From IMG/VR virus record IMGVR_UViG_3300043449_002292, positions 78,860 to 142,859 of that record: DNA of 64,000 bases; one strand, 5' to 3'. Shown here piece after piece: positions 27,209-36,889 of the stretch. Below the pieces are notes generated by a model that was given only the letters and a program-made list of their open reading frames with translations, ran no database searches and was not told where the DNA came from. This stretch comes from a virus. The translations under genes were made by a program, and so were the position numbers. How positions within the stretch are numbered: position 1 is the first letter of the stretch; the number at the start of each line of letters is the position of its first letter.

Positions 27209-28037
27209 CTTTAGTCTCCATCTCCTGATACAGTTGCGTCAGCTGCATGAACTTAACAATCCCGGCGTCGTCCAGTGAACGTGGGTCGGCGGATTCGACC
27301 ATCGTTTTTACCCCGTCGAGCTTCTCCAGCAGAACTCCGTTGTCGGTGGATTCCTTTAACCTGCTCAGGCCACGCAGTGCCCGCCTCTTGATGCTCTCGA
27401 GCATATTCTCATCGACTCTACCGTGAACGTAATCACGTATCAGGGCTTTCTGAGTTTCATTCAGCTTGTCACCCCACTTCTTCTCGAACTTCTCGTTCAT
27501 GACCCTCACGGTGAGAGAATTTACGTCCTTCGTGGTGAGGTCATCAATAACAACTGGTTCGGACTTCTCACGTCGCATCCACTCGAGAAGCTTGCCCTCA
27601 TATTCAACGACTCGAGTGAGGTCAGATTCATCCTCACGACGCCAGTCGTTTAAAAGGGTCTGTAGGGTCGCGTATAGACGATACTCTCTCACCGGTTGAT
27701 TGAAGAAGCTATCATCGTTTAGCGTCTTATTAATTTCTCGAATCAGAGCCGACTTTTCAACCTCAAGCTGCCTTGGAGAGAATATATGAACTCCACGACG
27801 AGCCTCCTGTATCAACCGAAGTCCAAGGCTTTCAGACCTCACTGTCGTGTTGAGGAGAGCTTGAAAGAGACGAAATTCCTTAAAAATTTCAGTCCCAGGC
27901 TTGAAGTGCTTCTTGATTATTGAGGTGCACTTATTAGCAGTGGCAAGATCATTGTCAATCAACGCAGCAGAAGCCCTAAGGAGCAGCTGCTCGTAAATGA
28001 TTCCTACGTTTCTTTTCTTGTTATGCTGGTTACTCAT
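27201..28037 (-). CDS. Hypothetical head-morphogenesis protein (278 aa)
   Basis: Helical protein starting HNKKRNVGIIYEQL; overlaps both the portal stop and the protease start. Confidence 0.75.
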   Translation of the reverse strand: MSNQHNKKRNVGIIYEQLLLRASAALIDNDLATANKCTSIIKKHFKPGTEIFKEFRLFQALLNTTVRSESLGLRLIQEARRGVHIFSPRQLEVEKSALIREINKTLNDDSFFNQPVREYRLYATLQTLLNDWRREDESDLTRVVEYEGKLLEWMRREKSEPVVIDDLTTKDVNSLTVRVMNEKFEKKWGDKLNETQKALIRDYVHGRVDENMLESIKRRALRGLSRLKESTDNGVLLEKLDGVKTMVESADPRSLDDAGIVKFMQLTQLYQEMETKDE

Positions 28038-29943
28038 CTGCGCTTCCCGAATTATTTGAAATGTCGGTCTTCTCAGCGATGATCTCGCTATTCCCTATAC
28101 CTATCTTCGTCCGCATGTCTTTCAACGATAATCCGAGCTGCGGCGTCATCTTCGGTCTTGGAAAAGCTGGTTCATCGTAGAGCTCCTGCATCAAGCTCAT
28201 CTGCTTACGAGATTCGACAGCCACTGAGTAAAGCTCGTCCTCATCAAAGACTCGATTGCTGGTGTCCTGATCGCGCGCCCAGCTTCCAACGCCCGCCATC
28301 TTGAACATGTCAGGCATATCGACCGACGCAGCGGTGCTGCGATCTCGGGTGGTCTCTACGTCCTTACCGAAGACATTTCGTATCTTCTTCTCAGCCTTGA
28401 GAGGAAGATCCTCATTCTCGATCGATAGTATCGCCGGACGCTCAACGCCGGAAGAGACGATCTCGCCCTCTCTCTCATAACCAGCTGTCAGCGCGCCGCC
28501 GCCGGCTGCAGCGCCACCACCGCCAACTCCACCAGCGCCCTCAGGTCCAGGAACCGCCTCAAGATCAGCGTCCTCGGTCTTATCAGCCTTCCTACCCTCT
28601 TTGATATTCTCGATGTCCTCATCGGAGAGACCCATGATATTCTTGCGAACCCAACGACGATCAACGATACCCTCAGGAGCCTTTCCGGCGATGTCGAAAC
28701 GTGAGGAGATGAGCTCAAGTTTCTGCTGCTGGGCGATCGTGGAAGGATTGGAAAGCTTAAGCGTAAAGTCAAGCAGATCCTCTCCTGTGTAGCCGTGGGA
28801 GTAGAGATGAATCATCGCCATCTTGTTGAGTTCTGATATCACAACCTTCTGGATCCTTGAGATAGTTCTGGAGAACCTGATGTCCTCCTGCGCTAGGGTA
28901 GCCTTCGCACCGATTTCCTCGTCGTAACCGAGGTAAGCTTTCGGAATCTTCAAGGCAGCGAAGAGCTTCTTCTGGATGTATTGCACGTCCTCTATCGCCG
29001 CGGCGTTAGATCCACCCGCCAGTGAATCGATCTTGGTTCCCGTCTCACCGCCGCGAACTGGAATGAAGTAGTCCTCATCAACTGCGAGAGGATTGTAACG
29101 AAGGTCCATCTTTCCGTTTGCTTTATCAGCGACCTTGTTCCTCTTCAGGCTCGTCTGCGCCTGCTCCATGAAGTTTGCAATCTCCTCGGGTGGGATGTTG
29201 CCGACATCAATGTAAAACACACGACGCTCAGGAGCACGAACGATGCGATAGACGAGCATCGCATCCTCCATGAGAATCAGCTGGCGCCAGATACGCCGAG
29301 CAGACTCTAGAACTGACGATCCGTATGGAAGGAAAGCGTCATTACCGAGGAGTCTGAAGTGTGAAATCTGCCAATTCTCAAGGACCTGATTCCCGCGGGT
29401 GATCCAACGGAAGCGAACCGCCATGGGATCCTTCGGATCGTAACCTTCCTCACGCTCCATCTCGGAGATTGGAATCGGGTAGGCATTGATGATTCCGTAG
29501 TTCGGGTGCACGTCGTTGAAGAGGAAGAAGTCGCCATACTTGCAGAGATTCCTCGTCCACATCGGTAAGTTGAACTCGATGTTCAGCGTATCAGTGAAAA
29601 GTGTCTCGAGCAGCTCCCTGATCCTTCGATTCTCGGAGTGAATGTGAAGGACCTGACCCTTCTCATCCTGTGAAACGGTCTCCTCCGCATAAATGTCAAG
29701 AGCGGAGGCAATCTCTGGTGTTGCTTCCATCTCAGAGAAGTCTGAGTATCTTGACATGCGATCAAAAGCACCGTAAGCAGACACGGTGCTTGAGTAGATG
29801 TCGGACTGATTCCTTCTAAACATCTCATAGGCTGAGGATGCAGTAGGTTCAGAGAAATTTTTCACCTTTCGACGGATAACTGGCCCGGACCTAAAGAGCT
29901 GGGTCAGCCGCTGAAAAAGATTCTTGTTTGTTTTTTCTGCCAT
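28030..29943 (-). CDS. Portal protein (T4 gp20-like, 637 aa)
   Basis: MEDAMLVYRIVRAPERRVFYIDVGNIP, EDYFIPVRGG and LFAALKIP motifs. Confidence 0.97.
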   Translation of the reverse strand: MAEKTNKNLFQRLTQLFRSGPVIRRKVKNFSEPTASSAYEMFRRNQSDIYSSTVSAYGAFDRMSRYSDFSEMEATPEIASALDIYAEETVSQDEKGQVLHIHSENRRIRELLETLFTDTLNIEFNLPMWTRNLCKYGDFFLFNDVHPNYGIINAYPIPISEMEREEGYDPKDPMAVRFRWITRGNQVLENWQISHFRLLGNDAFLPYGSSVLESARRIWRQLILMEDAMLVYRIVRAPERRVFYIDVGNIPPEEIANFMEQAQTSLKRNKVADKANGKMDLRYNPLAVDEDYFIPVRGGETGTKIDSLAGGSNAAAIEDVQYIQKKLFAALKIPKAYLGYDEEIGAKATLAQEDIRFSRTISRIQKVVISELNKMAMIHLYSHGYTGEDLLDFTLKLSNPSTIAQQQKLELISSRFDIAGKAPEGIVDRRWVRKNIMGLSDEDIENIKEGRKADKTEDADLEAVPGPEGAGGVGGGGAAAGGGALTAGYEREGEIVSSGVERPAILSIENEDLPLKAEKKIRNVFGKDVETTRDRSTAASVDMPDMFKMAGVGSWARDQDTSNRVFDEDELYSVAVESRKQMSLMQELYDEPAFPRPKMTPQLGLSLKDMRTKIGIGNSEIIAEKTDISNNSGSADE

Positions 29944-29981
29944 TTTGATCCTAATTCTACTCGTTAATCTAACAGCTTAAA

Positions 29982-31577
29982 TTATCCCCTGATCAACCAA
30001 CCGAATCGAGAGTATGCATTGGCACCAATCGCCGTGTTACCAGGAATCGCATCGACCATTATTGGTGACAAAGGACGTCCCATGTGCGGCACCAGCGGAT
30101 CCTCATTGTGATCTCTCTTATTCACTGCGAATGCTGATAGCATCGCTTTCGTGACTTCCTGACTCTGACGTGAATAGTCTATGTTCGTGTCAAAAAGCCA
30201 GATCCCTATCGCTAGCGCCATGACGAGATCGTCGTTGTAGCCTTTCATAGCTTTTGCAGTCTGCCCGATCCACGTGAACGTCTTCAGTTCCTCAACCATA
30301 CGGGTGGAACGAATCTTGATCTGCTTGTTTCTGATGACTTCTTCAAGCTTCGTGAGGATCTTGGTCCTGTTCGACGGCCCGGTCGTGAAACCAATGTTTG
30401 CCACATCCTCGGAGCCCGCTGAGGCTCCCATGAACATGTATTTTTTATCCTTGTAGTAGAGGTTAGGATAACCGAGTTCCTTCAGCTTCATACAAACCGC
30501 ATACCCATAGCTGTTGTTCTCTGGGCAGACGAGCGCCTTGTTGTACCTCAGTCCTGCCTCGTTTAAGAGGACGGCAAACTGATCGGGCGGAACTTTACCT
30601 TTGAACTCCGACACCTGCTCACCGAAAGTTGTATCGATGACGTGGAAGCTTGAGTAATCGGCTCCATCGCCTCTGGCCACATCGGCGCTGATAATGTACT
30701 TGTGCTCTGGTAACGCGTAACGCCAGATCCACACCCCCATCTCAGGGCCCCAACGCTCGATCGGTGTCTGGGTCTGGGAGATGATGTATTCAAGTTCATT
30801 CGCTCCAAGAAACGTATCACCTGATGCAGCAAAGTCGCAGAGGAGCTCTTGCGCGACCTGCTTGCGGGTCATGTTCCTCGACTCGTTATCGAACCAAGCC
30901 TGATCGCGTTCTGGATGCACGTCCCAAGGAAGCTTTATCGCGTTGAATTCGTTGAGTCCTGCCTCACCCTCGACGTACAGCTTGTGATACTGTCCACCGA
31001 CGCCGTTAGGGGTAGAGAGGACGATAGCGCGACCACCTGTCGATAGCGTGGGATACAGACCAGTCCAGAGCTCATCGAAGTTACCGATGAACGCTGCCTC
31101 ATCGACTATCAGAAGTGTTAGGGCCTCGGATCGACCAGCGTCATCGGACGTTGGGATCGCCTTGATCGATGAACCGTTACTGAACTCTATCACCTGCTTC
31201 GTATCAGATCTGACAGTTGGCATGACAAGCCATGTCGGTAGGTTCTGCAGCATGACCTTCACCTTCTTGATGAAGTTCTGCGCAACGGCGAGCTTTGTGG
31301 CGATGATGAGGATCGCCTTATCCTTGTAGAAGAGGGCGAGCCAGAGCGCGTAGGCAGCAGCGAGTGTCGAGATTCCAAGCTGCCGTGATTTCAGGATAAC
31401 ATTGAATCGATGCTCTTCAAACTGCTCGAGGCACTCATCCTGGAACTTGTACGTGTCAAACCCAACTAGACCCCTCGTCGGGTGCTGGATCTTAACATAC
31501 TTGTTAATGAAATAAGAAGAGTTCTTACCGCAGCTGATAATTTCTGCGACCTGTTTATCTTTGGAAAGGACGGCCAC
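29982..31577 (-). CDS. terL: Terminase large subunit (T4 gp17-like)
   Basis: Walker A KSRQLGIST, Walker B LLIVDEAAF, STPNG, nuclease DVARGDGADYS and DDLVMA. Start re-called at GTG 31577, 1 nt after the upstream stop. Confidence 0.96.
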   Translation of the reverse strand: MAVLSKDKQVAEIISCGKNSSYFINKYVKIQHPTRGLVGFDTYKFQDECLEQFEEHRFNVILKSRQLGISTLAAAYALWLALFYKDKAILIIATKLAVAQNFIKKVKVMLQNLPTWLVMPTVRSDTKQVIEFSNGSSIKAIPTSDDAGRSEALTLLIVDEAAFIGNFDELWTGLYPTLSTGGRAIVLSTPNGVGGQYHKLYVEGEAGLNEFNAIKLPWDVHPERDQAWFDNESRNMTRKQVAQELLCDFAASGDTFLGANELEYIISQTQTPIERWGPEMGVWIWRYALPEHKYIISADVARGDGADYSSFHVIDTTFGEQVSEFKGKVPPDQFAVLLNEAGLRYNKALVCPENNSYGYAVCMKLKELGYPNLYYKDKKYMFMGASAGSEDVANIGFTTGPSNRTKILTKLEEVIRNKQIKIRSTRMVEELKTFTWIGQTAKAMKGYNDDLVMALAIGIWLFDTNIDYSRQSQEVTKAMLSAFAVNKRDHNEDPLVPHMGRPLSPIMVDAIPGNTAIGANAYSRFGWLIRG

Positions 31578-31578
31578 T

Positions 31579-31950
31579 TCACACCACCTGCAGCGTGACC
31601 TGTCTCCTGTAGTACGCAACTCGACGAGCCGAGTTATTCGTGGCTACAATTACCTCCAGCGAGTCCTTATTTGAAACTTCCTTGAGTTTGATCGCGGAGC
31701 CTGTAGCTTCCTTGAACTTACTCTTAAGATCAGCGACGCACTTTCCAAGAATTTCGATGGATTCATGAGACACCCGATCAGCCTGCGCACGAAGGGCGCT
31801 CTCGGCCGCGAAGTGAACCACTGTCATGTACTTGAGCGTTAACGTGTCACCGTTTGTGGAGCATGTAACGGAATTCGGCATGGAAGATACGCCCCAACCC
31901 TTTTGCGTTATCTGTGCCAGGGTGTTGAGGTCTTTTGTTGATAGATGCAT
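31579..31950 (-). CDS. Hypothetical protein (123 aa)
   Basis: GGGAG SD and ATATTTA motif; tightly coupled to terL. Confidence 0.75.
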   Translation of the reverse strand: MHLSTKDLNTLAQITQKGWGVSSMPNSVTCSTNGDTLTLKYMTVVHFAAESALRAQADRVSHESIEILGKCVADLKSKFKEATGSAIKLKEVSNKDSLEVIVATNNSARRVAYYRRQVTLQVV

Positions 31951-31969
31951 TTCGTATAACTCTCCCAGT

Positions 31970-32251
31970 CTAAATATGCACCCTCGAGTGAGGCGACGCT
32001 AGTCTCTTCGCGACGACCTCAGAAATCTTAGCTGGATCTGGTCTCCATCCTTCTAACCACGACTTCCTGTTAGTATCTACGATTTCATTTTCACAATCGA
32101 AGCAAGCACCGCATCTCGACAGAGAAATCGTATCTATCTCATCTATTGAAACACATCCGCAAATCAAGCACGAGATTGGAACTGATTCTCCCTTGGCATC
32201 TCCCCTCTTAACGATACGATACCCATTTTTCAGCTCAACTTCCTTCTTCAT
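31970..32251 (-). CDS. Small Cys-rich, probably Zn-binding protein (93 aa)
   Basis: CLIC...CGACFDC; TAATG overlap with the upstream gene. Confidence 0.7.
   Translation of the reverse strand: MKKEVELKNGYRIVKRGDAKGESVPISCLICGCVSIDEIDTISLSRCGACFDCENEIVDTNRKSWLEGWRPDPAKISEVVAKRLASPHSRVHI
31971..31977 (-). promoter_or_regulatory. Putative late promoter ATATTTA (terminase operon)
   Basis: Recurrent ATANTTA motif, overlapping the upstream stop codon. Confidence 0.6.
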
Positions 32252-35200
32252 TAATACCTCACCCTTGCGTCGATACCATCGTGAGAGATCTCGATCACGT
32301 TATCTACAATGTCCTTTATGCTGTCGACGTGGGAGATGACAAGCATGTTCTTGAAGTTACGCTTGAGTGACGTCAGCAATCTAGCGCATGCCTCGAGGTT
32401 GGTGTCATCCAGGGCGCCAAAGCCCTCGTCTATGATGAAAAGATCAGGCTTAGGAATCGCGGAAACTTCGATCAGGGCGGTTCTGATCGCAAGTGAGGAG
32501 ATCATCTTCTCCATTCCCGACGCAAGCTCGATCGGTCGTTTGGAGTCCCCGTAGTCAATGAAGATCTCGAGATCGCCGTCCTCCTCATTAGCCAGGAGCT
32601 CAACGTTGAAATTGGCCACGCCGGTTAGGACCTTGGCAATCTCCTGATTGATCCGCGGGAGCTGGGAAGCGATGATCTGCAGTGGGATGCCATCCTTACC
32701 CGTAGCGGACAGGATGGTCTCATAGATCTTCCAGTCAGCCTGCAGCTTCTCGATCCGAGCTATGTCCTGCTTAAGACGAGTGATTTCAGATCCGATGGCA
32801 CCGATACGCTGGTTATCCTTCAGGATTCTCTTCGAAATCTCGGTTGCCTTTCTCTCCTGCTCGTCAACCTCGAGCTGCATCGTCTTTACCTGCTCAAGGG
32901 CTGATACCGAAATCGCAGCGCGAATCTCCTGTAACAATTTGTTCACTCTCTGCGACTCCTGCTCATGAGACTCTACGAGAGACTCCAAAGTCTTCACCCG
33001 ACTCTCATGGGCCGCGTGGGATGTCTTCATGGATGGCAGCTTCGACTGTAGGGAGCTTAGCTTCTCGAACCGCTCCTTCATCTCCCTCAGGTTCTCAGAA
33101 TCAAAGCTCTGCTTCAGCTCATCGATTGTCGTGGCTATCTCGTCAAGGACTGCCTTGTGAGCAGGTATCAGCAGCTTGTCAGCGTGTGAATCCTTGATGT
33201 ATTTGCAGGTTGGGAACTTGTCGCCGCAGGGAACATCCGACAGCTTGCTCACTGATCGTTCCAAGCGCTGTAACGCGTCAGACTCATTTTTAAGCTTCGT
33301 CTGAGCCTCTCCAATCTTGCTAGAGACACGCTCCGATCGATCGATGTCAGCTTTCAATGACGAGATGTCTGACTTTTCGAAAACCTCATCAACCTTCTGG
33401 ATCTTTCGCTGCAGCTCGTCACGCTCCTCAATCGCCTGCGCCAGCTCATTCTTGGCTCGCTTGATCTTAGACTCGAGAGTTACAAGTTCTGACTCGTAAT
33501 TCTTGATATCGTCAAGCGTATGTGAGGATCCGGGAGATTCACGTTCCAGTATCGCTCGAAGCTTCTTCACATGGGATTCTATGGAGAGCTTCTCATTCTC
33601 GAGGATTGCCACCTCATCGTGAAGGTTCTTCTCCTCGATTTCCTTCGACTCGATGGAAGCGCGTAGATCCAAGGCAGGGGTGCGCTTCAACTCGGACTTG
33701 ATGGAGCTTGACGCTTCCTTGGCGAGCAGGTTCAGGGAATCAAAAACCTGCAGGTTCAGGAACTTCGAGAGTATGTTCTTGCGTGCGGTGGCACGCTCCT
33801 TCAGGAAGGTGTTCATCTCCCCCTGCGCCGCGAATGACGTGAGCAGGAAATCGTCCGAGGTTCCGATGAGGGAACGGAGCACCTTATCGGAATCCTTGCG
33901 CTGCTCTCCCGAGATATCCTCAACTGGCTTACCGTCCGCGTCGATCTTGAAAAGGTTGAGGTGGGTGACGGCGTGCTGTAGACCTGCTTTCGTCTGGTGC
34001 TTCACAGATTGGCGCTCTGACATGTAGGTGTCATTTCCAGCTTGAAATTCCACAGCCGCCTTACAGTAGTCCTTCCTTGTATTGATGATGTGAAGGTTCT
34101 TGATCGGCCCACGATCGGTCGTATTGAATAGGGAATACATGATCGTACCAGGGATCGATGACTTACCTTGAGCATTTCGACCGAAGATGCCTGTGATACC
34201 GCTCAGGTTCTCGAAATCGATCTCATTCTCCGTCCCGTAGGAGTAGGTGTTATCCCACTTGATCTTCTTGATCGACCACTTGACATCGCCCAACCTCTCA
34301 TCGGCTGGTAGGGATTCGATGAGCTTCGACACGGTGGATTCCAGCTTCATGAGAGAGTCACCTGATACTCCTTTGGATTCAGCGTAACTCCTGAACAATC
34401 CCTTGATGGTTGTGGGGTCACGAAGGTTCTCACGTGAGAGTGTGGTTGAACCCGCCCGCATCTCCTCCTTCACCTGCTCACCAACGAACTTCCAGACGAC
34501 CTCTGTCGCTGACATCTTTTTACGAAGCTCGCCAGCAAGCTGTCTGGACTCGGATATAACGATGTCCTCGCTGTTCAGAACCCTGAACCTGGACCCTCTG
34601 GGTAGCTTCTCGCAAACCTGCATCGTGGACGAGACGTCACCCTGCCATTCAACGGTCTGGAATGGGCGTGGATTCTTCAGCTTAATGAAGTTGACCCGAT
34701 AATCTTCCCGACCCTTGATCTGCCAGAAGAGAAACCCCTTCTCGGTGTCCTCACCGTAGTTCTGCTGCACGGTGGAGCCCGGATAGGCGATCCTGGTGTC
34801 TCCATCGAGGAACTGCCGACGGTGGATATCTCCGAGGAGAGTGAAATCGTAAGGTCGAAACATGTCGACCGTCACCTCACCCTCGATGGGCATGCCAGTA
34901 TCGAGGAGGGAACCTCCTACCGCTCCGTGGTAGAGGGCGATGTTGATCAGGTTGGGATCATCGCTCGGGTTGCACTTACCCCAGTTCTCCTCATCGAAGC
35001 ATGAAAAGTTAGCGAAGTTGATTCCATTGATCTCGTAGTTTCCCGAGTCCTTCAGGAAGTGGATATTATGATGATCAAGTGCAGAGATAATGGGAGAGAT
35101 CGCATCAAGACGGGACTTATTATGGATGAGGCCGTCATGATTGCCGAGAATAACAACGGTGGGCCAGTTCGAAAGCTTCTGAAACCACCAACGGAGACGA

Positions 35201-35379
35201 TCCACGAGCTCCGGGGTGATGCCTTGCGTCTTCGAGTGGACGATGTCGCCACCGACGACGATCATGTCTGGATGGAGCTCATCGAGCTTCCTGAAGAAAT
35301 CCTCGAACACCTCGGTGTATTCATCATGACGCTGCAGGCCGCGCCAGTGGATGTCGGCAATATGTGCGATCTTGATCAA
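32251..35379 (-). CDS. Fused Mre11/SbcD nuclease - Rad50/SbcC ATPase (gp47-gp46-like, 1042 aa)
   Basis: Phosphoesterase DIH, GGD, GNHD, GDIH motifs; Walker A GRNAQGKSS; coiled coil; ASGME signature; Walker B FIIDEGFGALD; ISH. Confidence 0.93.
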   Translation of the reverse strand: MIKIAHIADIHWRGLQRHDEYTEVFEDFFRKLDELHPDMIVVGGDIVHSKTQGITPELVDRLRWWFQKLSNWPTVVILGNHDGLIHNKSRLDAISPIISALDHHNIHFLKDSGNYEINGINFANFSCFDEENWGKCNPSDDPNLINIALYHGAVGGSLLDTGMPIEGEVTVDMFRPYDFTLLGDIHRRQFLDGDTRIAYPGSTVQQNYGEDTEKGFLFWQIKGREDYRVNFIKLKNPRPFQTVEWQGDVSSTMQVCEKLPRGSRFRVLNSEDIVISESRQLAGELRKKMSATEVVWKFVGEQVKEEMRAGSTTLSRENLRDPTTIKGLFRSYAESKGVSGDSLMKLESTVSKLIESLPADERLGDVKWSIKKIKWDNTYSYGTENEIDFENLSGITGIFGRNAQGKSSIPGTIMYSLFNTTDRGPIKNLHIINTRKDYCKAAVEFQAGNDTYMSERQSVKHQTKAGLQHAVTHLNLFKIDADGKPVEDISGEQRKDSDKVLRSLIGTSDDFLLTSFAAQGEMNTFLKERATARKNILSKFLNLQVFDSLNLLAKEASSSIKSELKRTPALDLRASIESKEIEEKNLHDEVAILENEKLSIESHVKKLRAILERESPGSSHTLDDIKNYESELVTLESKIKRAKNELAQAIEERDELQRKIQKVDEVFEKSDISSLKADIDRSERVSSKIGEAQTKLKNESDALQRLERSVSKLSDVPCGDKFPTCKYIKDSHADKLLIPAHKAVLDEIATTIDELKQSFDSENLREMKERFEKLSSLQSKLPSMKTSHAAHESRVKTLESLVESHEQESQRVNKLLQEIRAAISVSALEQVKTMQLEVDEQERKATEISKRILKDNQRIGAIGSEITRLKQDIARIEKLQADWKIYETILSATGKDGIPLQIIASQLPRINQEIAKVLTGVANFNVELLANEEDGDLEIFIDYGDSKRPIELASGMEKMISSLAIRTALIEVSAIPKPDLFIIDEGFGALDDTNLEACARLLTSLKRNFKNMLVISHVDSIKDIVDNVIEISHDGIDARVRY

Positions 35380-36332
35380 AGGATGCTCCCGCTTCTCATG
35401 ATTTTAGAGAGGTTAATAATACCCTGAAACTTGTCCCAAGTTCTAGCCTGCGATTTCGCTTCTAGAAATTCCTGACGTGTCATCTCACCAACGTCCTTGT
35501 AATCACCGAGATTCAGTATCCTCACAGGGACGTCAAATTCCGACAGGGCTTTCGCCCACTTATGCTGCTTCTCTGGCATGTCACTGTCAAGTGCAAGGAC
35601 AACAGGTGTTCTGTTTCTAGCGATCGCCTGGAACAGCGCTGACTTCCTGGACATGTTGGAACCGAGGATCGCCGTCGCGTTACTGTCACACTTCGTCAGA
35701 TCGAATGGACCCTCAACAAGCGTCAGCTCCTGACGCCAATCGAGATTCAGCTCGTTGAAGATGAATTCACCGCGTGGTATCGAGGGATTCACATACTTCC
35801 CAACAGCTTTCTTATCTATCGCGCGGGCGGTCCAGTAGTTCAGCTTTCCGTCGGAGTCGAATGACGGCATGATCACACGACGAGCGAGTCGACCACGTCG
35901 AACGAATCCGAGTCGGAAATACCACATCTCACGCAGTCCGAGCCCACGCTCATGGACATAATCAAGGCAAGCCCGCGTGTCAGGATCACGAGCATCGGTG
36001 CACTCAGCCAGCAACCTGAACCCCAACGGCAGCTCGACCTTCGGAGCTTCGACAACCTCATCCATGAACCGACGCTGGTGTGAACCAGTGACCCCCTCCC
36101 ACCTCGCGGCGACCTCGGGTGATAGCTTACGCAGCACCTTCGCGATCGAGGCTCCACGGGCATCGCAGACCCAGCAGTGATACTGTCCTGTGTCGATGCG
36201 AACGATAAACTTTTGCTTCTTGGACTCCTTACAATCAGGACAGCGAAAGGCAGCGTTGATGCCTTTTCGGTCCAACGTGCATGCTCCAAGAGCGCGCGTC
36301 AGGATCTCGACTCTTTCCTTGGCGTCTATCAC
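35376..36332 (-). CDS. DNA primase (Zn-binding domain + TOPRIM)
   Basis: CPDC...HCWVC, TLVEGPFD, ALDSD and KDVGE motifs. Confidence 0.9.
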   Translation of the reverse strand: MIDAKERVEILTRALGACTLDRKGINAAFRCPDCKESKKQKFIVRIDTGQYHCWVCDARGASIAKVLRKLSPEVAARWEGVTGSHQRRFMDEVVEAPKVELPLGFRLLAECTDARDPDTRACLDYVHERGLGLREMWYFRLGFVRRGRLARRVIMPSFDSDGKLNYWTARAIDKKAVGKYVNPSIPRGEFIFNELNLDWRQELTLVEGPFDLTKCDSNATAILGSNMSRKSALFQAIARNRTPVVLALDSDMPEKQHKWAKALSEFDVPVRILNLGDYKDVGEMTRQEFLEAKSQARTWDKFQGIINLSKIMRSGSIL

Positions 36333-36349
36333 ATTAGAATAGTAAAAGG

Positions 36350-36889
36350 TTACTGAGCTTTTAACAGATACGCAGCCCGAGCCATCACGTAGGCGTCGGC
36401 AGCGTCATTGACCCCGGAGGCGAAGAGCGTCATACCCTTCCTCTTGCCCGTCGTCGCGACACGACGCGGGAGCTGAGTCCCGGTCACGACCTCAACCCAC
36501 TCCATGATCTGATCCTTCGTGTCACGAGCCTTATCGATCTTGATCCCCAGACCGCGACGGGCTGATGTCGAATCGAAAAAGATCGGTTTCACGTTGAACA
36601 CGTCATAGGCGAGCCAGGAGACGATGCCGTTGAATCGAGCGAGCGTCAGCAGTGTGTGGGCCGAGCTCATCCCACGGCGGAATCCCTGCAGGGGCTCCTC
36701 AATGGAGATCTTGGACACGAAGTATTTCGATTGCAGATCCAGCAGACCATTTCGAACCGCCTGCGCCTTGTCGAACAGGTTATCGTGTTTGATGAGCTTG
36801 AAGCTACCCATCTCAACCAAGCTGCCGTCATCATTCAGGATCGCCCAACCCGTCGAAGATGTTGAGACATCGAGACCGAGTATCATCAC
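36350..36889 (-). CDS. ruvC: RuvC-family Holliday junction resolvase
   Basis: ILGLDVSTSSTGWA, ISIEEP and NDAADA acidic motifs. Confidence 0.88.
   Translation of the reverse strand: MMILGLDVSTSSTGWAILNDDGSLVEMGSFKLIKHDNLFDKAQAVRNGLLDLQSKYFVSKISIEEPLQGFRRGMSSAHTLLTLARFNGIVSWLAYDVFNVKPIFFDSTSARRGLGIKIDKARDTKDQIMEWVEVVTGTQLPRRVATTGKRKGMTLFASGVNDAADAYVMARAAYLLKAQ

Noticed and set aside
31578-31619. Terminase start at 31619 as given in the ORF track
   Set aside because: It overlaps the upstream gene by 41 nt; GTG at 31577, right after the upstream stop, is more plausible.
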